DNA of 64,000 nucleotides from Octopus sinensis (Eukaryota): NCBI RefSeq assembly GCF_006345805.1, contig NC_043019.1, positions 13,887,360 to 13,951,359 of the forward strand, read 5' to 3'. Shown piece by piece: positions 27,044 to 39,009 of this stretch (position 1 is its first letter; each line of letters starts with the position of its first letter). The notes under the pieces were generated by a model. It saw only the letters and a program-made list of their open reading frames with translations, ran no database searches and was not told where the DNA came from. The position numbers and the translations under genes were made by a program.

Positions 27044-28966
27044 GAGAGAGAGAGAAAGAGTGAGAAAGAGAAAGAGGGAGAGAGAGAGAGAAACATACTG
27101 ACAGATAGACCGAGGGAGCAAAGGAAAATCCGTCAGATTTAATTTCGTATGTATCTGCTCGAGCCTCTTTGTAAATTATTATAAGTTCCCGCTGTTGATG
27201 GATCGTTTAACAAAAAAAAAAAAAACCTACTGCGCAATTGCCTCCGTTCACTAAACATTTATGTCAAACATGGTTGTGCAAAGCGCAGCGATTGATAAAT
27301 CTAAAGAGAAGAGTTGGAATATTCTAACTTAGACAATTCTTTTATTTTTAGAATAATTTTTCGCTTATTTCTCATGGACATTTGTTATTCTACACGATTG
27401 AATCACGCCATTGATTCTTACAAATTATGATGAGTACAATGAGAAAATTGAATTTAGCTCCTTTGGTAGACATCAATTATAAGTCTTGTTTACTCGCTAG
27501 AGACGCCAAAGTGTTATGGATTTAATCCTAATCCACTTTGCTCAAACCACGTGGCGGGTTAATTGTAAATTATGATAGCGCTGTGCAATAAACTGTAGAG
27601 AAGGGGTAAATTTACTCCCAGCAAGATGAATCTCCGATACGGGTTCGATTTTCTGTTGGTTAATTTAATCATCCGCGTGTCCAGAGAATTTTCATGAGTT
27701 TGTCCGAAATGTCCATGTTGGTTTCCAGACTTTTAGCAAGTTCTTGTTTCGTACGTTCGTAGTATTATAAAGTTGTTCTTCTATAAAAATAATAAATAAA
27801 TGCGCCCTTTTAAAGCCTAGCCAGGCTCATGGGACCGGTTTCCCGGTTTCTCTGGCGTATGTGTTCCCCCCAGCTGACGGGACGCCAGTCCATTGCAGCG
27901 TTACTCATTTTTGCCAGCTGAGTGACTGGATCGACGTGAAATGAAGTGTTTTGCTCAAAAGCACAACGCCGTCGCCCGGTCCGGAATCGAAACCCACAAT
28001 TTCGATCATGGTGCTGACACTTAACTACTAAGCCACCCACCTCCACTGTGCCTTTAAACCCTAGCCAGGCTCATGGGCCCGGTTTCTCGGTTTCTATGGC
28101 GTATTTTTTCCCCAGCTGGAAGGGACGCCAGTCCATTGCAGCGTTACTCATTTTTGCCAGTGAGTGAGCAGGAGCAACGTGAATGAAGTGTTTTGCTCAA
28201 GAATACAACGCGTCACCCGGTCCAGGAATCGAAACCACAATCTTACGATCATGGTGCTGACACCCTAACCACTAAATAACGCGCCTTCACGTTCTTCTAT
28301 AAGAATTGGAACATTGTTAGTCGAACCGCTAAGTCACGAGTTGGAAAACAATCAAACTCCGGTTGTCAAGGTGTGCGTGTATGTGTGTGTATGTGTGACA
28401 AACACACACATACACAGGCTCGCGCATCGCTCACGCACGTACGCGCGCACACAGACACACAGACACACATAAACACAGAGTTATTCTTATTAATGATGGC
28501 AAGCTTGCCTCAGAAATATTTAATAACCTTCATTTTGAAACGTATAATCCTTCTTGATGTTCACACATCAAAGACGGTGCCCGGTCCTATGACTGACACA
28601 AACTTCCCTTTTTTAAAGTAATTTAAATTAAAACATCAATTAGAAAATAAATGAAGATGGAATTTTGATGCTTTCATTAAAATTCCATGTTAATTTATGT
28701 TTTAAACACCAACAGTTAAGAAGCTTGTTTTGCAATCACGTGGTTTTGGGTTCAGTTCCGGTGCGCGGAACCTTGGCCAGCTGACTTCTACTATAACTTT
28801 GGGCCAACCAATGCTTCCCAACCACTTGGTTCCGTGTTCAGTCCTATTCCATGGCACCTTGGGCAAGTGTCTTCTACTATAGCCTCTGGCCGACCAAAGT
28901 CCTGTAAGTCGATGAGTGGATTTGGTAAACGGAAATTGAAAGAAGCCCGTGGTATATATATATATG

Positions 28967-29005
<39 letters not shown>

Positions 29006-29605
29006 ATATATATATATATATATATACATGTAAGTATTTCTTTTTGCCCCCCCCCCCACCATTGCTTGACAATCGATGTTGACGTGTTTACGTCCCCGTA
29101 ACTTAGTGGTTCGGCAAAAAGAGATCGATAAAATAAGTACTAGGCTTACAAAAAATTTGGTCCTGGGGTCGATTTGTCCGACCAAAGGCGGTGCTCCAGC
29201 ATGGTTGAATTGAAATGACTGAAACAAGTAAAAGAATAAAAGAATATATATATATATTCTACTTTCTATGTTCTACGTTATGTATTTTAATAATTACTGG
29301 TATTTTCATATATGTAAAGCATAATATGTTATACATGTATGTATATGGTTATAATTGTTTAAAAAAAAAATAGACATAATATAATGTCTAAAAGTTGATG
29401 AATACCACCTGTTGATCCCTCCATTTTCTTATTACCGTATATATATATATATATATATATATGATGTGTGTGTGTTGTGTGTTGTATATATAGGCTCGAA
29501 ATGTAAAAGACTTGTTTTATTTATATTCTGAGCGCCATACTAATACAATTGTTTGTTTGTACTCCACCTGCCTTCGTCTTTTGTTTATTTTTATAAAGCT
29601 TCCCG

Positions 29606-29698
<93 letters not shown>

Positions 29699-29703
29699 GT
29701 ATA

Positions 29704-29741
<38 letters not shown>

Positions 29742-31313
29742 TGTGTGTGTGTATATATAGGCTCGAAATGTAAAAGACTTTTTTTTATTTATATTCCTGC
29801 GCCATACTAATACATTGTTTGTTTGTACTACTTCCACCTGCTTAGTTCTTTTGTATATTTTTATAAAGCTTCCCGTTATATATATATATTATATTTATAT
29901 ATATATATATATATATATGTATATACAATAAAGACAGAAGATGGAATATAGAGAATATATATATATATTTACATGTATATATATGATGTTCTTTCTCACA
30001 GTTTCCGTCGACTGAATTCAATCACGAAACATTGGTTGGTCCGCAGCTAGCGCTATAGATGAAAAAAACTTGCCGAAGGTGCTGCGCTAGGAAAAAAAAA
30101 TAATGCAGACTCAGTGAATCTCTTTTCTTTAGTTTCAAATGTTTGAGCGGAAGTATAAAGGAGACTAACGTTGGATAGAAACGGTGATGTTTAAGATCTA
30201 AAAATTGTTAGGCTGCGAATTAATGTCTTCCTTCCCACCTTCAACGACGGCTGTTAAAACAGACCCCGCAGGTGTATGTTGTCAGAAACATAAAACATAT
30301 TGTGATGGAAATATTTTACATGATGTTAATTGAATTGCGTTTGGTCTTTTTTTTTTCTGTTTTTTTTTTTTTTTCCGTTTCGATTTTTGTAAAACATAAT
30401 TGTTCGTCGTGACTTTATACAACAATACCTCTGGGAATTGCATGAAAATATGAACCAAAAAAAAGTTTCGTGGTTACGTGAGTTCAATCTGATTCCTGTT
30501 GCATATTCATATTACATGATCAATGTAAGTCTGATACCGGAAAGGAGACAAAACAGTCGAGATCCTTTGTTTTGCAGAAAACACTAACAGAGAAAACACC
30601 ACCCCATGCCTACAAAAGAGATGAGGTTAAACACTCCAATGGGATAACAAAAATAATGTCCCTCAGCACTGATATTAATGTATCTAAAATAATTAAGTAT
30701 ATACAATAATCTGACACGCTGTGAATGGTTCATTGGCTGATTGAAATAGTGTGTAATCCACTACTTAAAGAGTCAGATAAAACATTGCAGGGTTGTTTCT
30801 TTGATCACACACATAACGAGCTAATTATATTGGATTTCTACATGGCATTTACTCTTCAAATAACTTGAACACAACAAGAAATTACAACTTCAGAAGCCCG
30901 ATAAAGGAATAAAAAGATGAAAAAAAAAAAAAAAACCCCGCAAGATGGAGTTAGTTTGGATGGAAGCTTGCAGGCTTTTCTCTCAATTATTACTAAAGTG
31001 TTATCGGATTATCCATTTCTTTGTGTATCGCTCTTTATCCTTTGTTCATTTTAGTTTTCTAAAACATCAAACAATTCTCCCTAAAGACAATTCACTTACG
31101 CCGTTAAAACTCTTGGAAAAGGAATGAACGCTACATAATCGAATGTATTCCTTCTTACGCATTTCTCACTGGTCGCCATAGTAGTAAGAAGTTTCTTTTT
31201 CCCTCCCTTTCTTTTCTTTTTCTTTTTCTTCTTTATGGCTTCGATCAAGTAACCACGAACTCTGTAGGTAGCCCAACCCGAAAATATTCGAATGAATGCG
31301 TTTGATGTTAAAA

Positions 31314-31349
<36 letters not shown>

Positions 31350-31798
31350 CGCGTGTACATACATACATACAAACATACATACATATATATATATACTCTC
31401 TTTTCTCTTTTACTTGTTTCAGTCATTTGACTGCGGCCATGCTGGAACACCGCCTTTAATCGAGCAACTCGACCCCGGGACTTATTCTTTTGTAAGCCCA
31501 GTACTTATTCTATCGATCTCTTTTGTCGAACCGCTAAGTAACGGGGACATAAACACACCAGCATCGGTTGTCAAGCAATGCTAGGGGGACAAACACAGAT
31601 ACACAAACACACACACATACATATATATACATATATACGACGGGCTTCTTTCAGTTTCCGTCTACCAAATCCACTCACAAGGCTTTGGTCGGCCCGAGGC
31701 TATAGTAGAAGACACATGCCCAAGGTGCCACGCAGTGGGACTGAACCCGGAACCATGTTGTTGGTAAACAAACTACTTACCACACAGCCACTCCTGCG

Positions 31799-31875
<77 letters not shown>

Positions 31876-31876
31876 C

Positions 31877-31919
<43 letters not shown>

Positions 31920-32730
31920 ATCTATATATATATATCTGTAGATGTAATATGTGACAATTATTCGGTAGCCATGATAAAACTCCGAGTTTCGGATGTCGGG
32001 GTGGAATAAGAAAAGAGTTTAAGAGGTTAAAAATGATATTAAGTGTTTCATTGTTTCGAAACCCGAAGAAGAATTTTGCGCTCAAGGGATCAACAATTCG
32101 TCAAACAGATTGGGTTATGTTATCAATAATGAGGGGAAATAAGGCGGGAAGCTAGCAGAATTGTAAGCACGCCGGTAAAAAATGCTTAGCGGCATTTCAT
32201 TCGGTTTTTATGTTTTTGAGTTCGGGATCGATAAATTAGGTACCAGTTACACACTGGGGTCGACATAATTGACTTAATCCGTTTGTCTGTCCTTACTCGT
32301 CCCATCTGTGTTTAGCCCCTTGTGGGTAGTAAAGAAACCGGTATTTCGTCTGCCGCTACGTTCTGAGTTCAAATTCCGCCGAGGCCGACTTTGCCTTTCA
32401 TACCTTCGGAGTCGATAAATTAGGAACCAGTTGAGTACTGGGAACAAGGTAAACGATTTAGCATCTCCCCCGAAATTACTGGCCTTGTGCCAAAGATTGA
32501 AACTATTAATGAGGGAAAATGCCATCTTGATTAAATGTATCAATTAAGAGCAAAGAGACATTTGCTCCTTTCCCATCTTGAAGTGCGAAACAACTTTCTT
32601 CCTAATCGAAGATGTTTGTACAAACCGAAGAATGCTTTGCTTAGTCACCAGACAACGCAGTTAGAGTAAGAGGAACAAGATTTAATGCTCAGAACTATGG
32701 AAAAAGCTAATGGCCTGAGGTAATTTTTAC

Positions 32731-32741
32731 CTTCATCTCTC
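32731..32741 (-). CDS. 11-nt microexon (exon 4) of Cys-rich precursor
   Basis: tattttatcctccag|GAGAGATGAAG|gtaaaa. Converts phase 2 to phase 1 exactly as required and encodes (R)RDE(G), creating a dibasic RR site. Confidence 0.55.
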
Positions 32742-33091
32742 CTGGAGGATAAAATATATACTGAGAAAATTATCTCTGTTATCGGAATTCATAAAAGGTG
32801 ATGACGTTCGCAGAATGAACATAATACCCACAAGAATAAATACCTTATATAGTTTTCTCGTTTTTTGCTTTATTCCTTTGGAGATGAAAGGGTAATAAGA
32901 AATGTACCTGTAATTTGCTGCAGTCAGTCAAGTTGAATTCTTTTTAAACCTGTCGTTTCCTCAAACTATGTTCGTAGAAGACAGAAAAGATGACAAAACT
33001 AGTACAAAATTAGAGTAAATGTATGATAGTATTTCATATGGCCCCTTTGAAGTTCATAGGATATATCACACACAATAGGGGGTGAGCCTTG

Positions 33092-33302
33092 CAAGGCGGC
33101 GAGCTGGCAGAAACGTTAGCACGCCGGGCGAAATGCGTAGCCGTATTTCGTCTGCCATTACGTTCTGAGTTCAAATTCCACCGAGGTCGACTTTGCGTTT
33201 CATCCTTTCCGGGTCGATAAATTAATTACCAGTTACGTACTAGGGTCGATCTAATCGACTGCCCCACCCCCGAATTTCGGGCCTTGTGCCTTGTGTAGAA
33301 AA
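33092..33302 (+). mobile_element. Meta-like SINE with 13-bp TSD
   Basis: GGGGTGAGCCTTG at 33079-33091 and 33303-33315. Other family copies lie near 1418, 2981, 4903, 5649, 20008, 32143, 42070, 45888, 52470-53332, 54435, 56036, 57052 and 62770. Confidence 0.85.
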
Positions 33303-33369
33303 GGGGTGAGCCTTGAATTGACTCTGTTAGTTCAAATATTGAGATGAGAGATATCAAAGAAATACTCAC

Positions 33370-33418
33370 CTGTAATTATCTTGGGAATGGTTTGTTAATT
33401 CAACTTTAGCCTCAATCC
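33370..33418 (-). CDS. Exon 3 of Cys-rich precursor (49 nt)
   Basis: ttctctcattaag|GGATTG...TTACAG|gtgagt. Only phase 1 is open: (G)IEAKVELTNHSQDNY(R). The AAG acceptor is less common but the donor is consensus. Confidence 0.6.
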
Positions 33419-34214
33419 CTTAATGAGAGAATATATTTGATAATATGCGAAATGCGAAACAACTTTCTTCCTAATCGAAGACATATGTAGACATCGAAGA
33501 ATACTTTGCTTAGTTACCAGACAACGCAGTAAGAGTAAGAGGAACAAGATTTAATGCTCAGAACTATGGAAAAAGCTAATGGCTTTTAGATAATCATGAT
33601 TGTGAAGGAAATTGTCTTTTAAGCGGGAATTGAAACCAGTTTGCCGGAAGCGTATTTTCCAATATTTTTTATGCACACCACAGGTGAAAAAGTAAAAAAA
33701 AAAAAAAAATAAATAAATAAAAAATAAAAAAAATAAAAATAAATTGAATAATGAAAGACCAGAGAATATTGAAATAAACAGGGGAAAAAATTAGAAATAC
33801 TGAAACGAAGATTTCCCACGAGACAACATTATCAACATTTTTGACAGAACCAATGTCTGGTTTTTTAATTTGGTGAGAGCTTCTATGTTTTTATTAATCA
33901 TGGCACGTTGTATGAGGGAAAGTAGGTTCCAGATTTAAATATGCAATTGAATCTAATATGAATGGCTATTTGTTATAGATCATCCAGCACCATGCAGCTA
34001 TCATTTGTTGTAGTAATTCATATACTACTGTCATAGCAGCTGAAATATTTTGATTTTTATTTCGTATTTCGTCGAACAGAAGTACTTTTTTATTTTTAAT
34101 ATGCAGTTTTCCTTTTTAACGTGTTAGTCTGATCTGACAAAAAGTGCCAGAGTCTGCTGCTAGCTGTGCAGTGTTTCTTAATAGATAAGTAACAAGAGAG
34201 AGCAATTAAAGATT

Positions 34215-35460
34215 GTGGTAGATTCGTGTCTGGAAATAATTGTTTAAACCGAGGCGTAATGTTAGAAATTAAGGATGAGGAGTTCGATCGATTAAAACAA
34301 CCTCAGTATGTGACTGGTAGTTCTGTTCATCGACCACAGAAGGACGAAAGGCAAAGATGACCTCGGCTGGATTTGAAATCAGAATTATAAAGAGCTGGAA
34401 CAAATGCATAACGATATATTTCTTTTTCCGACTTGACGTTCTGAGTTCAAATTCCACCGAGGTCGACTTTCTCTTTTTATCCTTTCGGGGTCGGTAAAAT
34501 AAGGAGGTGGTAGATTTGTGACTGGAAATAATTGTTTAAACCCAGGCGTAAGGTTAGAAATTAAGGATGAGATCTCGATCGATTAAATCGACCTCAGTAT
34601 ATGACTGGTAGTTCTGTTCATCGACCACAGAAGGACGAAAGCCAAAGATGACCTCGGCTGGATTTGAAATCAGAATTATAAAGAGCTGGAACAAATGCAT
34701 AACGATATATTTCTTTTTCCGACTTGATGTTCTGAGTTCAACTTCCATCGAGGTCGACTTTCTCTGTTTATCCTTTCGGGGTCGGTAAAATAAGAAAGTG
34801 GTAGATTTGTGACTGGAAATAATTGTTTAAACCCAGGCGTAAGGTTAGAAATTAAGGATGAGGGGTTCGATCGCTTAAATCGACCTCAGTATATGACTGG
34901 TAGTTCTGTTCATCGACCATAGAAGGACGAAAGGCAAAGATGACCTCGGCTGGATTTGAAATCAGAATTATAAAGAGCTGGAACAAATGCATAACAATAT
35001 ATTTCTTTTTCCGACTTGACGTTCTGAGTTCAAATTCCACCGAGGTTGACTTTCTCTTTTTATCCTTTCGGGGTCGGTAAAATAAGGAGGTGGTAGATTT
35101 GTGACTGGAAATAATTGTTTAAACCCAGGCGTAAGGTTAGAAATTAAGGGTGAGGGTTCGATCGATTAAATCGACCTCAGTATATGACTGGTAGTTCTGT
35201 TCATCGACCACAGAAGGACGAAAGGCAAAGATGACCTCGGCTGGATTTAAAATCAGAATTATAAAGAGCTGGAACAAATGCATAACGATATATTTCTTTT
35301 TCCGACTTGACGTTCTGAGTTCAAATTCCACCGAGGTCGACTTTCTCTTTTATCCTTTCGAGATCGGTAAAATAAGGAGCAGTTGAGCACTGGGGTCAAT
35401 GTAATCGACTTACTCCCTCCTCCGAAATTGCTGGCCTTGTGCCAAAATTCGAAACCAATA
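34215..35460. repeat. 4x ~292-bp tandem array built from back-to-back SINE fragments
   Basis: Units start near 34215, 34507, 34798 and 35090 (gtggtagatt...). The four near-identical ORF-track peptides come from it. Confidence 0.9.
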
Positions 35461-35758
35461 TTTAGGATGTTGCACTCACGAACGTAAGGTTACAGTTTCG
35501 ATTCTCAGACCGAGTTGTGCATTGTGTTCTTGGGCAAAACACTTCACTTCACATTGCCTCAGGCCACTCAGCAATATTTGGGAAGTTGACCCTGCAACCG
35601 ACTAGCGTCCAGTACAGAGGATAATGTCTTAGCCTTAGTCACTTGTACCTCATGAAAAACCGATTAAGGGCCGACCTTATGAGACCCACGGCACATAAGA
35701 AACTTAAAAGTAAATATAGATGTAAAATCGATTTTCTAGATTATTTATTTTTTTTTAC

Positions 35759-35792
35759 CTGAAGCCGGGTTGGTTACCCTCGTCAGCAAACT
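35759..35792 (-). CDS. Exon 2 of Cys-rich precursor (34 nt)
   Basis: tttgtttaatttag|AGTTTG...CTTCAG|gtaaaa. Phase 0 to 1; encodes SLLTRVTNPAS(G). Confidence 0.55.
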
Positions 35793-36289
35793 CTAAATTA
35801 AACAAATATTAAATCTACTTACATTTTATTTTTTATTTGTTTCAGTCATTAGACAGCGGTCATGCCTTGAATAATTTTTAGTTGAATAAATGAACGCCAG
35901 TACCTACTTTTAAAAGCATGGTATTTATTCTACCTGTTTCTTATGCCGAACCGCTAAGTTAAGGAGACGTAAACAAACCATCATCAGTTGCCAATCAGTG
36001 GTGGGGGACAAACAGACACAAAGATACTCACATATACACACACGACGGGCTTCTTTCAGTTTCCGCCTGCAATATCCACTCACAAGGCTTTGGTCAGCCC
36101 GAAGCTATAGTAGAAGACATGCCCAAAGTGTCACGCAGTGGAATTGAACTCAGAACCATGTGCTTGGGAAGCAAATTTCTTACCATACAACCACGGCTGC
36201 ACCAAAGTAAATAATTAAATTACATGAATAATTAAATGAAATACAGAACAGTACATTAGTATAAATGATACAAGTTCATTAATATTGTA

Positions 36290-36796
36290 CTGTGCAAGGT
36301 ACCAGTTTATTCAGGGTACCAGTTTATTCAGAGTACCAGTTTGTTTAAGGTACCAGCCTGTTCAAGGTACTAGTTTGTCCAAAGCACCAGCCTGTCCAAG
36401 GTTCCAGTTTGTCCAAGGTACCAGTTTGTCCAAGGTACCAGTTTGTCTATGGTACCAGTCTGTCCAAAGCACCAGTCTGTCCAAGGTACCAGTTTGTCTA
36501 AGGTACTGTTCGTACAAGGTACCAGGCTGTCCACGGTGCCAGTCTGGCCAATGTACCAGTTTGTTTACGGTGCCAGTTTCTCCAAGGTACTCTTCTGCCT
36601 AAGTCACCAGTTTATTCAAGGTACTAGTTTGTCCAAAGTACCAGTCTGTCTCAGGTATCGGCCTGTCCAAAGTACCAGTTTGTCCAAGGTACCACTCTGT
36701 CCAAGGTACCAGTTTGTTCACCGTACAAATTTGTCCAAGGTATTATTCTGCCCAAGGTACCAGTCTGTTCAAAGTTCCAGTCTGTCCAAGGTACCT
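36290..36796. repeat. 17-bp minisatellite (CCAAGGTACCAGTTTGT)n, ~30 copies
   Basis: Direct reading; degenerate units with a palindromic GGTACC core. Confidence 0.9.
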
Positions 36797-36907
36797 GTAA
36801 ACTAGTTTGGTAGCTGTGGGAATTTAAAGATCCTGGTCTTAATTTGAAGCAGATTATAAGAGGCACCAGACCACCAGTCCGGAAAGTTGGAATTTTACAT
36901 GTATCAT
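36795..36907 (-). CDS. First coding exon (signal peptide) of a putative secreted Cys-rich precursor; apparent 1-nt frameshift
   Basis: ATG at 36907 gives MIHVKFQLSGLVVWCLL then TAA (36856-36854). One extra base joins it to the open frame IICFKLRPGSLNSHSYQTSLQ ending at CAG|gtacct (phase 0), giving a signal-peptide-like N-terminus. Confidence 0.5.
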
Positions 36908-37848
36908 AGGTGGAGTTCTTAATTAGATTTCCTGTCTTAATCCAGGTACGATTTACGAAAGTCGCGAAGAGATATTGGAAATTCGGTCGAAATGGAAACG
37001 AGAATAATTTAGTTTGGCTGCGAGGATTAACTGGCAACCAAAATATTCAAACAGCTTAAATACACATGGAATATTTTTGTTCTTTAGATTTGGTCGACAA
37101 TTTATTGTTAATAGGTGGATTATTGAACTGAAGAATTTCGTGATTTAAAGGCAAACTGTGGCTTAATTGATATCTCTTCAAGAACCTATATATTTCTCGC
37201 GAATCAAAAATAACAATTTCCAGTGTTAACTGCTTCGCGATCATTTGCATATATTTTTATATTATTTGCATATTTTAAAAATAATATTTGCATATTTTTA
37301 TATTATTTTAAAATTACTATTTTTCCCGCAAAAAGGTGGGCTGCAATGTTATTTTTTCTATTTTATGTATTTCGTTGAACATTTATTTTTTGTTATTATC
37401 GTTTTTTTTTTTGGGGGGGGGAGGTGTGTGTGAAATTTCTCAGCTGCATCGATATAGTTTGGATATGAATTAAAAGAAGTGAAACGAAGGGGAGTTTCCT
37501 CTGCTAAAAGTCAATTAATTTAATGGCGAATGGATTTAATAAACAGAAATGCTGAAGTTCGAAAAAAGCAAAATGGTGGACGAAATCTTGTGAGTTAAGT
37601 GAGAATCGCTGAAGGCGGTATTGAAGAAAAAAAAAGAGTTAAAAAAAACAACAAGAAACGAAAAACGACAGCAATAAAAAAAAAGCCTAAACAAAGACCA
37701 AGAGAAAAACAATATTTGATTAGGTGTTCGCGGACTGAAGCTGATCTCGGCGATAAAACATTGCAGATATGCAGGGAAATCTAGTCTCGTTCTGCAAATA
37801 CAATTGTTTCTATTCGGACTTGCAAATCTCCAGCATGTTTCACACAAA

Positions 37849-37879
<31 letters not shown>

Positions 37880-37884
<5 letters not shown>

Positions 37885-37913
37885 TACATATGTATATACA
37901 TATATGTGCACAT

Positions 37914-37944
<31 letters not shown>

Positions 37945-38430
37945 CACATAATTATATACATATATGTATATGTATACACATATTCATATATACGTATGTA
38001 TATCTGCAAATATATATAGATATGTATATATATATGTATATATATATATATATATTGTATATATGTATATATGTGAATATATATATGTGTTTATATATAT
38101 ATATGTATATATGTGTATATATATATATGTATATATATGTGTGTATATATATGTGTATATATTTATATATATATATGAATTTACATATGTATATATATGT
38201 ATATATATATGTATATATATGTATTTATATATATATACATATATATATGTATATATATTTTTATATATATATTATATATATGTATATATATGTGTATATA
38301 TGTATATATATATGAATATCTATATATGTATATATATATATGTATATATGTGTATATATATATGTATCTATGTGTATGTTTATATGTGTATATATATATG
38401 TATATACATATATATGTACATATATGCATG

Positions 38431-38466
<36 letters not shown>

Positions 38467-38515
38467 TATAATGTATATATATGTATATAATATATATATG
38501 TATATACATATATGA
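37880..38515. repeat. Long degenerate (TA/TATG)n microsatellite, representative of dozens in the window
   Basis: Direct reading; similar tracts at 95-330, 2080-2500, 8355-8770, 15050-15600, 46320-46890, 49830-50400 and 58755-59350. Confidence 0.95.
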
Positions 38516-38645
38516 TGTAAAGCATAATGTCAGGAGGTATGAGATGGGAATATAGATTTATTTAATCACGACTTCCATGCACATACATGTATGCACATTA
38601 ATAACGAACAAACGCGATTGTGTGAGTGTATATATAATAGGTATA

Positions 38646-38687
<42 letters not shown>

Positions 38688-38885
38688 TATATATATGTAT
38701 ATATATATATATATATATAGTATATATATGTATATATAATATATATATATCTATATATATATAGGTATATATATGTATATATATATACATATGTACATAT
38801 ATGTAGGCGAAGGAATAGCTGTGTAGTAAGAAGCTTGCTTCCCAACCACATATATAGAGTCAAGGTTAACCTCATGCATGGCACC

Positions 38886-38926
38886 CCGATGATAGCTTAA
38901 CTGGGCGAAACTTCGAAGTCACCCTC
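38886..38926 (+). ncRNA. Truncated/degenerate hammerhead motif
   Basis: CCGAUGA-uagcuuaacugggc-GAAA-cuucgaag-UC-acccuc with palindromic stem III and GUC site. The 5' stem I arm is replaced by adjacent SINE sequence. Confidence 0.45.
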
Positions 38927-39009
38927 AATAATATTTTTGATAAGAATAATAAGAGTAATATATATAATATATATATATATTAGAAATATTAAATTCTAAA
39001 TATCTCAGA

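Larger units (their letters stand above)
32584..33583. repeat. 131-bp direct duplication (32584-32714 and 33453-33583)
   Basis: tgcgaaacaactttcttcctaatcgaaga...gaactatggaaaaagctaatggc occurs twice at roughly 93% identity. Confidence 0.9.

Noticed and set aside
32908-32965. Possible extra minus-strand exon ending AATTACAG|gtacat
   Set aside because: Stops in all three frames from the acceptor; the 16-nt short version breaks phase continuity.
34269-35331. Four near-identical 62-64-aa ORFs
   Set aside because: Products of the SINE-derived tandem array, with non-ATG starts.
36290-36796. CRISPR-like or repeat-protein appearance of the 17-bp array
   Set aside because: No unique spacers, no cas genes, eukaryotic context; the unit is not a multiple of 3.
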